A DNA stretch of 54,253 nucleotides, the filler included, from Hydrolagus affinis (taxonomy: Eukaryota): NCBI GenBank assembly GCA_012026655.1. It is 3 parts of 3 records of this genome, joined end to end, with 100 filler letters (N's around TTAATTAATTAA, not from the genome) between each part and the next. Parts side by side here need not be neighbours in the genome. Positions count along the whole stretch, not along the records: positions 17,100 to 42,476 come from JAAILG010009951.1; 2 more parts are not named here. One strand, written 5' to 3'. Of the stretch, positions 24,517 to 36,765 are shown piece by piece. The position numbers and the translations under genes are program-made. Each line of letters starts with the position of its first letter. Within the stretch, counting starts at the first letter, position 1. Below the pieces are notes generated by a model that was given only the letters and a program-made list of their open reading frames with translations, searched no databases and was not told the DNA's origin.

Positions 24517-25340
24517 GCGGTGGGGCTTGGGCCCTCAGCCGGTCGTTCGTGGATTCGTTCGTTCTTTCGTCCGTCCGTCGTCGAAGTATATATTCGGAAC
24601 TCTGTACAGTTTGCTATTTTTTGGATGGCTTATTCAGAAGAAAAAAATAATATATCAATACAGTATTTTGTTTCTCTCTCCTCCGAAAACAAGAGCAAGG
24701 CTTGTATCATATTTCAGCGAGCTTTTTTTTTGCATTAAAAATGAATGACGCATACAAAAAAGTTTGGGGCCATAGGATTGAAAGCAGCGTCCAAACAAGC
24801 AAAACACACGAGCAGCGTATCTATAAAAATAATATATTATTAATAATGCTCAGTACAACGCACTCGTTGCCACGCCTTGCACACCTCATTGGGGAACATG
24901 GCAAAGTGCTTCAACGGGATGCACTGTAAAGTGGAGTGACTGTATGTTTGGGGAGCGTCAGTCGGTTAGAAATTATTTAGAGTTTAACTTAATCTCGCCA
25001 AACACATTTGTTGGTGTCTCCTAGCGCGGAGGCCGTCGGTAGATTTTGATATTCGAAACCCAAACTCCGCTGAAACGGATCTTGGCTTTGCAAAGTCCCA
25101 GATAAAAAAAAAAGAGAGACGGTGACTTCATTCGGAGTTGACGCGACCGGAATCGTTTTAATTGGCAGTAAATGACAAAGGGGGTTGATTTCAGCTTTGC
25201 CTGCTCTCGTCGGTCTTTTCTTTGTGGGTTTGTGTGTGTGTTTGTGTGCCTATAGCTCTCTTTCAGCTTTCAATTGAATTGGTTGCATTAGCAAGCAAAG
25301 CGAGTGACCGGCAAAGAGAGGCTTTGGCTTCTCGAACGAA

Positions 25341-28300
25341 ATGTACGCATCAGGAATTATGGTGAGTTCATTTTTTTAATATATATATATGTATGTGTGT
25401 GTGTCTCCTTGGATTTGGTTTATAAAATATGGAGCATCAGACAAGATTAAATCTTCCTTGATGACTGACTGATTGACTGTCTCTCTCTCTCTGTCTCACA
25501 TACACACACACAAAAGAATTTGGCTCATAAGAGAAAGGGATGGATAGGATGAAGGGGAAGCCACCACTGGTGTTTCTCTGGAGCTATAGCAACAGGGGAA
25601 ACATGCAGAGCTGAAATTGACCAGAATCAACTGATTGTATTCAGGTGGCGGCCAGGAAGAAGTTGGCAAGAGTCGCTCAGGTGAGTGTTGTATGTGAGTG
25701 TGAGTGTGTTGTGTGACTGTGTGAGTGTGGGACTGTGTGACTGTGCATGTGTGTGTGTGAATAGAGCATTCTAGCTACAACAGCTTTCCCATCATGGGAT
25801 TCGGATCAGAACTTGGATTTAGGACAAATAAAAAAATGTTAACCAGAACAACAAGATCATTGTTTTTCCACCCACCACCACCCCCCACCCCCCCTTCCCA
25901 ACACACCCGTCTCTCTCGTTTAGACAAAGAGTGGGAGGGAGGGAAGGGAGGGGGGAAAAAGAGGGAAAGAGGGACAGTAGGGAGAGAGAGGAAGAGGGTG
26001 AAAGAGAGCGAGAGAAAGGTGGGAGGGACAGAAGGAGGCAGGAAGCTCTTTCACAACAAGTTAAAACATTTACAGGCAGCAGCTCTTTCTAGCTGCTGAT
26101 TTCTCTCATTATGTATGTGTGTGTGAGAGAGTGTGAGTGTGTGTGTGTGTGTAGGTGGCATCTTTACTATGAATAGAGGGGCATGAGCTTGAATTTGAAA
26201 TTCCACCCCCACCCCCCCAACACCACTTCCCTCCATCAAAAGGATACTCTTAATTAAACAGGACACAATTTGGTGAGAGTCTCAGGGAAGCAGCGGTGTG
26301 GAGGTGATCTGAGAATTGTGAGTTTCTGTTAAGTTTCTAAAATGTTTATTTTTTATTTGTTTTAAGGGGGTGCAATAATAATAATAATAATCCTTGCATT
26401 TGATATAGCGCTTTTCACGTCTTTTAGACGTCTCAAAGGGACAGACTGAAATAAACTGAATCGACTGTACATTTTGTGGGCGCATTCACGTAATCGCATG
26501 TGTGTGTGTGTGTGTGTGCACACGTCCGCAAACATATGCTCACATACATTCGTATATGTAGATGTAGCTTTATACACACACGCGCGCGCATGCTCAAATG
26601 CATGTGCAGGTTTGACACAAACATGTGCGCACACACACACACACACACCTGTACTAGTAACAGGTGCCGTTCACCCAGCACAATTGCACTCCCTGCCTCC
26701 CGGGGGGTTTCGTGAATATTTCATGTTTCATGAATAGATTGTGTTTAATTCATTGCTCGGCCAGTCTCCTCTATCCAGCCGTGCGGGTGAGCGTTACTGA
26801 GCACGGGGCCAAGTTACCTGGGAGCGTTCGGCGTCTTCGCTGTCGCCTCCACCCGCTGTCTAGTCTCTTGCTTTTCGCGTCGTCTCGTGAGTCCCGTAGC
26901 TCAGTGATTGGAGCACTCGCCTCGCAAGCGAATTGAACCTGGATTCAATTCCAGGCCAGGGCGAATCCTTGGGCAAGTTTCCTTACTCCGCATACGCGCC
27001 TAATAATAATCCCTCCAAAAAAACACACAATAATAAAATTGGTCATTTCAATGCACGACTGTTTGTGGGGGACGCTGCTGTGCGCAATTGGCCGCCGCGT
27101 TTCGCCCACAAATATATACACTCAATTCACTTTACAGTATATTCTGTGAATCGGTTTGAGACGTTGACAAGATGTAAAAAGTGCAAGGATCAAATAAGGA
27201 TTCTTATTATAATAATCCTTCCAAATCCCCCCAAAATTGGTCACTTCAATCCATGACTGTCTGTGGGGACACTGCTGTGAGTTCCACCCACCAGAGTATA
27301 CAGTGAATTCACTTTACAGTGTACTCTGTGAAGCACTTTGAAGACGTTTGCAATCAAAACAGAAGTCGCTGGGAAGGCACTGCAGGTCAGGCAGCATCTA
27401 TGGAGAGACAGAGAGAGAGGAAAATGAGTTGACATTTCAGGTTGACTCGGGACCTTTTCGACCTTTTCCCATTAGGCCCATCGATGGATCTGGTTCCCGG
27501 GGCTTGGGTGGGTCTTCAACCCAAAGTTCAACCCTATGTCTGTAGCAGTGACTGTCCCACGCTCTTGGGACGTCCTCCTGACGTGAAAGGCACTCTACAA
27601 GTGTAATTTTGGTGTTGTCGTACGTGCCTTTGTGAGGGGACTCAAACCGCTTTGCCTTGACAATTTGGACCGATGACGGTGTGCGTCTCTTCCTGCTATA
27701 CAAAGGTAGTGTTGTGGTTGTTGTTGTTGTTGTTGTCCCATCGTCGGGCGAAGAAAGGCATAGTTTTTATTGATGGAGATCAAATCTGCTCGTTTGCTTA
27801 CCCTTTCCATGTATGGCATCGCCTCCTTCGCCTTGTGGGTAGATTTGCATTGGCCTGGAGCCAGCGCCGGCGGCTGAGATGTGGAAGGAAGCCGGACTAG
27901 CCGTGCGGCTGGGCTCGGTGTCTGTATCCGGAGGATCTCCGGGTGTCCCCGGATCCTCGGCTGCCGTCGTCCAGCCAGGAACCGGGGCGAACGAGGACCG
28001 GAGGATGGCTTCGGAGACACCGCCGCCGCCAGTGAACATAGGGGTGGCAGCCGTCTTCCTCTCCGACGAGCCTCTCTCCTCCGCACTGGTAGTGGAAGCC
28101 CTGGTGAGGGACGGCCGGTACCAGGAAGCCATCGGACGCTGTGACGCCCTGTTGAACGCCCACCCCAGACACTCGCTCCACCTCCTGCTGACCCGGGCCT
28201 TGGCCTGGGTGCTGTCCGGCGGCCACGGCGGACACGGTGTGGTAGACTACCTCCTGGCCTTCGCCGACCGGCAGCAGGAAACGCTGGACTTCATCGCCAC

Positions 28301-31300
28301 CAGGCAGAGGGACTATTTGCCTCGCATCGTGGAGGCGTGCCGCGACTATCTCGCCCACCGTCACTGGGACCGGGAGGAGCCTCCCTCCGGTCACGTGCTG
28401 AGCGACTGCCAGCGCTTCCTGCGGGAAATAGCCCCCGGGGCCCGGCCCCTGCCTGAGCCCGGCAAAGCCGAGGCCCCGAGCGCCGAGGTCCTGGTGGAGC
28501 GAGCAGCGTTGCGTTACACGGCCGGCGCCGGGGAGGGCGACACCATCCTGGACCTGGCCTCGGCCTTCAACGTCTCACCAGCGCCAGCCGAGCGGAGGTT
28601 TCGGGAGCTCTTCCCGCCCGGGGACGCCGCCGCCATCTTGGATCAGGCCAAGCGCTCGGCGGAGTCGTGTTTCGCCAAGTACCGGGAGGCGGTGAGGTGC
28701 CGGGCGCAGCTACGCGGCGAGGGAGGGGCCGAGCTCCTGTCCCGGGTCTCCCTGGTGCTGGGGCTCGTCCTCCGGCTGCAGCCCGGCGAGAACCGGGACC
28801 TGCAGGTCCGGCTGGCCGACTGCGCCCTCCTGCGCGGCGACTCCGCCGGCTCCCTGGCCGCCTGCCACCGGCTGCTGGGCTCCGACCCGCAAACCTACCA
28901 CAACACCATCCTGGCCATCCGCGGATTCTGCCACCTCCGGGCACTCCGGACCCCCGAGGCCCTGGAGGACTTCCAGGCGGTGCTAGAGCACGGCTCCCCC
29001 CACCCCAGCAGCTGCGTGAAGGCTCTGTGCGGCCGGGCCGTGGCGAGAATGACGGCCGGCAGCACCTATCTCACCGCGCTGGACTACATCACCGCCTGCC
29101 GGCTCCGGCCGGATGAGACGGCCCTGGTGACCAAGTCCTACGTGCCCTGGAACCTCCGAGGTTTGCTCTACAAGGTGCTCCAGGAGGAAGGGCAGAAGAT
29201 CCTTCGAGGGAAAGCCACACAGCCACTGGCCAGCCCCCCGCACAGAGGGAAAAAGCGAGCTCAGCAAGGTTCCCAAGGCTCCTTCTTCAAAGAGGGGTAA
29301 GCTCTACACAGTGAAATAACAACAAATTGTGTTGACACAGTAGATTTGCACATCCCAAGACGCTCGCTGGACAGTTAGGGATTAAGACCCAAATTGGGGA
29401 TTGGGATCAGGTGAGTAAGGGTAGGGAGGGTGCCCAAAGGTGCGGGGGAAAAGGAGGGTCTTGAGGCTGGCCATGAAGGAGGGAAGGGAGGGAGACGAAG
29501 GGACTGTGGGATGGGGTTCCAGAGGATGGCGGAGGAGAGGCTGAAAGCCTAACCCCACATGTGGTGGACATGGCGCGGGCCACATCAACATAACACTGTA
29601 ATAATATATAAAAATCCTTGCGTTCGACAGGGCGCATTACCACATCTTCGAGACGTCTCAAAGCGCTTCACGGGATATACTGTAAAAAGTCAATTGACTG
29701 TACAATATGTGGGCCAAATGGGCTTCAACGGCCTGGTCTGTAACATTAGTTCGGGATTAAGACCCAAACTGGGAATCGGGGATAAGATGGGAAAGGGTAG
29801 GAGGGTGCCCAAAAGGTAAGGGGCGAAAAGGAAGGGTTTGAAATTGGCATGGCTTGATGGTTCTTTGGGAGTGGGGTGGGGGGGCGGTGGGGGAAACGGG
29901 CATTAAAACCTAGGACTAAAACCAGTGGTGGGGGTCTTTGCTTCCTCCAGGGACGCATTGGGGGTTCACTACTTGGCTTCGCTGCTGATGGAGTTGGATC
30001 CCTCGGACGATGAGTCTCGCATCTTGTCGGCGGACGCTCTGTACCAACTGGACCGCGTGGAGGAAGCTCACCAGGTCCTGCTGGTCTCTCTGAACGGCCC
30101 CGCGCACCGGCCTCCGGTTCTGGCTCGCCTTGCCCTGCTTCAGCTCAAGAAAGGGTTCCTCTACGATGCTAACCAGGTAGGTGTGTACTCTGCCCCCTCC
30201 CTCATCCCCCACCCCCCCACCCCCGAACAGGCCCTGTGTGTCCCAACGCAAAGAGAGTGAAGTCCGACCTAGAAGGAGAAGGTTCGAGTCTGTGGAGCTC
30301 CTGTAGCTCAATGGTTAGAGCACTCGCCTTACTCGCCTGTGTTCAAATCCAGGCAGATCGGAGCGAAATCTTGGGCAAGTTTCCTTACTCCACACACATA
30401 CACACGCGGCTAATAATAATCCATCCATCCGCAATAATAAAATTGGTCATTTCATTCCACGACTGTTTGTGGGGGGGACGCTGCTGTGTGCAATTGGCTG
30501 CCGCGTTTCGCCCACAAAATAGTCAATTCACTTTACAGTATATTCTGTGAAGCGCTTTGAGACGTCGATAAGATTGAAAAGCGCTGTATCAAATGCAAGG
30601 ATTATTATTATTCATGATTATTAATGTAACCAGACAAGATGGGGGCGGGTGAGGGAATTCTCCCGGCAGGTGAGACCTGTTTTACCGCGTTTTACCACAA
30701 GGCAGCGCTGTGACCACAGATTTCCCAAATCCGTACCTGTACCACCTGCACTCAGGTGTGTAACCACAAGGGGCCGCTCTAACCACGTAGCCGCCCAAGC
30801 TAGTGCGGCTCTCTATGTCTGCCACAGGAGGGCGATAAAACCCTAAACCAGGCAGCCACACACCAGGATTGCCTGGATACTGTAGACGCTGGATAATGAT
30901 AAGAATAATTCTTGCCTTATCATGTCCTCTAGACGTCTCGAAGCGCTTCACAGAGTATGCCGTCATGCTAATTGACTGTATATTCACGGGCGAAGCGCAC
31001 GAAACGGGCACAGCGGTGCCTCACAAACGGTCGTGGATTGAAATGACCGATTTATTGTTGGGCTTTTTTTCTGTGGAGGGATTATTGTGGAATTCTTTAG
31101 CCCCCAAAGGGCTGTTGATGCTCAGTCCTTTGAACATATTCAAGACTGAGATAGATAGATTTCTCTTTGGGACGTCCTCCAGACGTGAAAGGCGCTCTAT
31201 AAGTGCAATTTTGTTGTTATTTTGTTGTTGTTGTTCTCATTCATACAGAGATCGACGGGTATGGGGAATAAGGCAGGTAGCTGGTGTTAGAATGCAATAC

Positions 31301-34300
31301 CAGCCACGATTCAATGGCGTGTGCAGGCTCGATAGGCCGAATGGCCTACTCCTGCTCTATGTTCTTAGGTGTGTGAAGTAAGGAAACTCGCCAAGGGTTT
31401 CGCCCCCGATCGGGAATCGAACCTGGGTCTCCCTCGCTTTTCGAGGCGAGTGCTCGAAACCACTTCGACTACGGGACTCCAGGATTGGAGCGAAGTGAAG
31501 AGGGCAAAACGATTGGCTTTTTTCCTTTCAGCTGATCAAGAAAGTGATTCAGATCGGAGACACCGCCTGTCTCCTGCCCATCATGGACATCTTCAGATCG
31601 GAGGACCGTGAGCTGATGCAGATACATTGTCACTCCAACGCAACTTCAATCCTCCAGAACAAGGAAGGGGACACTTACGTCAAAGAGGCTGTGGCCTATC
31701 TCTCCCTTGCCATCATCTCTTCGGGTGAGGATCCGTCACTCAACCATAGTCTGTCTCCTGAAATAATAATAGAATAATAATATTAATAATAATCCTTGCA
31801 TTTGACGAGGCGCTTTTCACATCTTATCAACATCTCAAAAGCGCTTCACAGAATATACTGTAAAGTGAATCGACTGGATATTTTTGGGCGAAACGTGGCA
31901 GCCAATTGTGCACAGCAGCGTTCCCCCACAAACAGTCGTGGATTGAAAATTGCCGATTTTATTAGGCGTCTGTGTGTGAACGCGCATGTGTGTGGAGTAA
32001 GGAAACTTGCCCAAGGTTTCGCCCTGATCTGCCTGGATTCGAACACAGGTCTCATGCTTGTAAGGCAAGNNNNNNNNNNNNNNNNNNNNNNNNNNNNNNN
32101 NNNNNNNNNNNNNNNNNNNNNNNNNNNNNNNNNNNNNNNNNNNNNNNNNNNNNNNNNNNNNNNNNNNNNCCCCACCCACCACCCACACAGGGAGAAACTC
32201 ACTTCTGTTTCGAAACGGTGCCTTGGATCCGCTGTCTGCTCTGCTGCTCTCTTATTCTTGCTCAATGGGGTTTCACGACAGATCTCAACCAACGTGAAGG
32301 CTCCTCACAAGTGCCTCAGTTCTTCAGTCTTTGCCACCCACCCCCAATTCAAATTAATTTTGCCCCTCGCTCTCGCTCTTCCAACTTAGAGTAGATCCCT
32401 CAATCTCTCCTACCTCGTTCCTAGTCTCTCTCTCTCTCACCCTGACTCTCTCTCAAAAGGGACTCTCTCCCTTTGCCTTGCCCCTTCCTTCCCTTCTCTC
32501 AAATCCTGGCTGTGTCCACCAGGATTTGATCAGTCGCCATTACTCCCTGTCGTGCGTTGAAGAGCTTTGAGCCGTTTGTCTGATGTGGTGGCTGCTGTAC
32601 ACATTGTGTTTCAAGGCGGATGAGAGAAGGTCGGGAGAGGGGGAGAGGGAGAGAGAGAGAGAGAGGATAAACACGTATATTCTTCTGAAAGAAGAAGAGT
32701 TACATACGATCGCTTAATGCTCTATTTATCCCAACTTTGGAGCAATAAATCTCCAGGTCGGGCGTGACTGGAGCTCAGTCCATCCGTCAACTGAATGTGG
32801 CGATGGGATTGAGACCATTAATCAAGTCAAATGGGAGCCTGGTGAAGTGAAGAGGACATTAGGGAAAACGGTTCTGTTATCTGCAAGCTCGGGTGATTTT
32901 GGACTTGACTGATTTCATTGGGGCTGAAATGGGACATTTGGCTATATCTCGCTCTTTTCTCTCTCTCTCTCTCTGTGTCTCTCTGAGATGAATCTTTTGG
33001 ATAACAGGTTAAATTAACCCCTGCTGTGCCGTGCAGACAACGCCGCTCTCCCAAATCCGCCAGAAGATTGTCTTCATCGAAGCTTCGTCCTGTTGATAGC
33101 GGTCTCGCGTGTAGATCAGGAGGTGGTGGGGTCCATGCCTCCCCTCTAGGCTGATTCTCCAGTACCGTTCTAGGACATACAACGGCAACGACAACAATAC
33201 AATTGCACCAATAGAGCGCCTTTCATGTCGGGAGGACGTCCCAAAGCGCCGACAGAGGAATAGGAGTAGGCTATTCCATCCCATCAAGCCTATTCTGCCA
33301 TTCCATGAGATCTTTAATCGTGATAAGGGAAGCAATTTCGCCCATAAAATCAACCTACTTTACAGTATATTCTGCGAAGCGCTTTGAGATGTTTGAATCG
33401 TGCACAGGAAGGCACGATTATCAAACACAAGAATCATTATTATAAAATTCTTGCCAACTTTCTCCGACACTGAATCGCTCTCGCGCTCTCTCTCTCTCTC
33501 TCTCCCCGCTAGGAGGCTCTGCCTTGGATGCTCTCCTGACGAGAGCGCGATGTTATGCGCATCTCAACCAGAAGAAAACGGCCATCTTCGACTTCAGTTC
33601 CATTCTGAGGACCTGCCCAAGCCACGTACAGGCGCTCTGTGGTCGTGCGTTCACCTACGCTGTCCTTTGCAAACAGGAGGTACAGTCACCCACCCACCCA
33701 CCCACCCCCACCCACCCACCCACCCACTCACTCACAATAACAATAATAATAATCCTTGCATTTGATACATCGCTTTTCACATCTTATCGACGTCTCAAAG
33801 CACTTCACAGAATATACCGTCAAGTGAATTGACTGTATATTTTGTGGGCCAAACGCGGCAGCCGATTGCGCACAGCGGCGTCCCCCCCCACCACAAACAG
33901 CCGTGGATTGAAATGACCAATTTTATTATTGGCACATTATCATAAGTGAAACTCCTCTCTCCCAGAGTCTCTCCCTCACTCCTCCAGCAATCTTCTGAAT
34001 AAGTTCCACCCACCCTCCCCCGTCGACTCTCTGGATACACTCACACACTCTCTCTTTCTCTCGCTGCCTCTGTATTGCGTTTATGTAAGATCAAATTAAA
34101 AGCACTAAAAGCCTACCTCGTTTCCACTCCAGGGCTGCTGCTATTTACCAGGCAAGGCACTGAAATTTGAAACAAACAAGGTTACTGACGAGGCTTAAAA
34201 ACTAACAGCCCTTTTGTGTAGGGTTTTAAAGGAGGGACTATGCATGGTTTGAGCACTTGACTTCGGGGACTGAGTGTAAATGCTTCCAAAACCCCTTCAT

Positions 34301-35454
34301 TGAGCCAATTAACAAAAGCAATTTGAATTCGTTTGAATGGAAAATGTTTCTTCCTCCAGTTCCCCCACTTTTACACTCCCCCCCACCCCCCCCACTCCCC
34401 ACCCCCACCTTCCCTCAGCAACCACAAACCTAATTTAAGAAATCTACCTGAAAGCTCAGCCTTGTTTGTTACTAAACAATTTTGCTTTCAAAGCGTCGGT
34501 ACACATAAGAGCTTATTAACAACAGCCCAAAGCCACACAACATCTGAGTGTGTGCGAGAGAGAAATAATGAGACAGTGCATTGCCTGTTTGAGTGGACAG
34601 AGAGCAGCGTAATTACATGGTAATAGTTGCTCGTTCGATCCTTCCTCCTCTTGTTTTTTCCCCCCTTCCCTTTCACTCTCCTCTTTTCTCTCCCACCACC
34701 CTCCCCACCCCTGTTTCTTCCTCAATCCCTCCCTCCCTTTTATAATCTTTTCTTGTTGTGTTTCAGAAATCCTCGTTTTCTGTCTCTTTCTCTCCTTAAC
34801 TGCTCTCCATCACTCTCTCTCTCTCTCTTTCATCAACTTGAGGTGTTTCGGGAGTCTGGAGGCCCAACGCTGTGCGTGTGTGTGTGTGTGTGAAATCTGC
34901 CTAAAGTTTATCTTAATTGGTTTTTAATCCCTCGTGCCGTTTGAACATTGTTTTTCATTATGAATGATTAATGCTCGTGTTTCTCCCCAGAATTGAATAA
35001 TTCACGCTAAGCGGGGGATTTCGCAAGATTGCCTGTTTATTAAAAGCCATTTGAGTTGTTTGCAAGCCAGGAAAATGCTCCCTAAAGCGCTTCGCAGGAT
35101 GTGTGGTGACTTGTGTTTTGTAGGTGAATGCGGGGGAGGGTGGGGGGGGGCCCGATTCGACAAGAGTCCAACACTTAGGCGGCTATTTGTACATAGGAAA
35201 TGCTAGAAGAAATAAACACCCAAGGTCCATCTATAATAATACATTAATAATAATAATCCTTGCATTTGATATGGCGCTTTTCACGTCTTATCGACATCTC
35301 AAAGAGCCTCGCGGAATATACTGTAAAATGAATTGACTGCATAGTTTGTGACAGCCAATTGCGCACTGCGGCGTTCCCCCACAAACAGTCGCGGATTGAA
35401 AATGACCAATATTTATTATTGTGTTTTTGGGGGGGGAATGGATTATTATTAGGC

Positions 35455-35494
<40 letters not shown>

Positions 35495-36719
35495 AGTAAG
35501 GAAACTCCCGAGGGAGCCTGTTCCACAGGTTTGCTCACTTGCAATAAGTGGGGGGGGGGTTTTCTCCGGAGAATATTGGTTGTGAATTTTCCTTGCGTTT
35601 GGCCCGCAGGAAGCCGTTCAGGACATGGTCCTGGCTCTGAAGGCAAATCAGACACTGGCTCTCGTTGAGGTGCAGTGTCTGAGACCCGAGGCCCAGGCCC
35701 TGATCACAGGCTGGCTGCACGACCATTGCACTAGGAGCCTGACCAGGGCCCAAGAGGCTAACAGCGTGAGCCCAGAGGAGCTTCTCAGTCTTCAGGTGAT
35801 CACTCGATCTCTACTCGCCATCGATGGGAATAACTCAGCCTGGCATCTCTTGGCCGTCGATGTGTCGATTGCTAAAGGTGCGTTTGTGAACCACGAATAC
35901 ATCATCGCTTTTAACGTAAGCGTGGAGTCCCTGTAGCTCAGTGGGTTAGAGACACTCGCCTAACAAGCGTGAGACCTGAGTTCGAATCCAAGCAGGTCAG
36001 GTCAGGGCGAAACCTTCGGCAAATTTCCTTACTCCTCATACACATACAAACGCCTAATAATAATCCCTCTGTTAAAAAACACATAATAATAAAATTAATC
36101 ATTTCAATCCACGACTGTTTGTGGGGGACGCTGCTATGTGCAATTGGCTGCCGTGTTTCTCCCACAAACTATACAGTCAATTCACTTCACAGTATACTCT
36201 GCGAAGCGCTTTGAGACACAGTCTAAGAAGACGTGAAAAGCCGCTATATTCTAAATGCAATGATTATTATTATTATTACGCTGCTTTCGTCGAGCAGTTC
36301 TGACCTTCCTATATGCCTGCGATCCTGACCCGGCTCTGGATTCTCTACAGGAATGTACGAAGACGCTTTGAGAGACTTACAAGAGGCTTTCGGCGCGTCA
36401 CTCGGTAACGTGTGCGCCAAGGCCAGGTATGGCATCATTCAAGCCACCAAGGGTAATCTCCAGTTGGCCACCCAGCACCTCAGCCCACTGGCCGAGAGGG
36501 ACAACCAGGATTTGGAATTTCTCTTGGGATTCCTGGATAGCAACGTGCGTCGCCTCGTCGCCCAGGTAAGAGGGATCGTAGACTAGCGTGGAGCTCCCTG
36601 TCCTGTAGCTCAGTGGTTCGGTAGAGCACTCACTCGTCTTAACAAGCGTTGAGAGACCTGTGTTCGAATCCAGGCAGGTCAGGTCAGGATCAGGGCAAAA
36701 TCTTGGGCAAGTTTGCTCA

Positions 36720-36765
<46 letters not shown>

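Noticed and set aside
24512-25680. In-frame B7-TTC34 fusion
   Set aside because: The phase-2 donor gives stops or frameshifts with the downstream acceptors.
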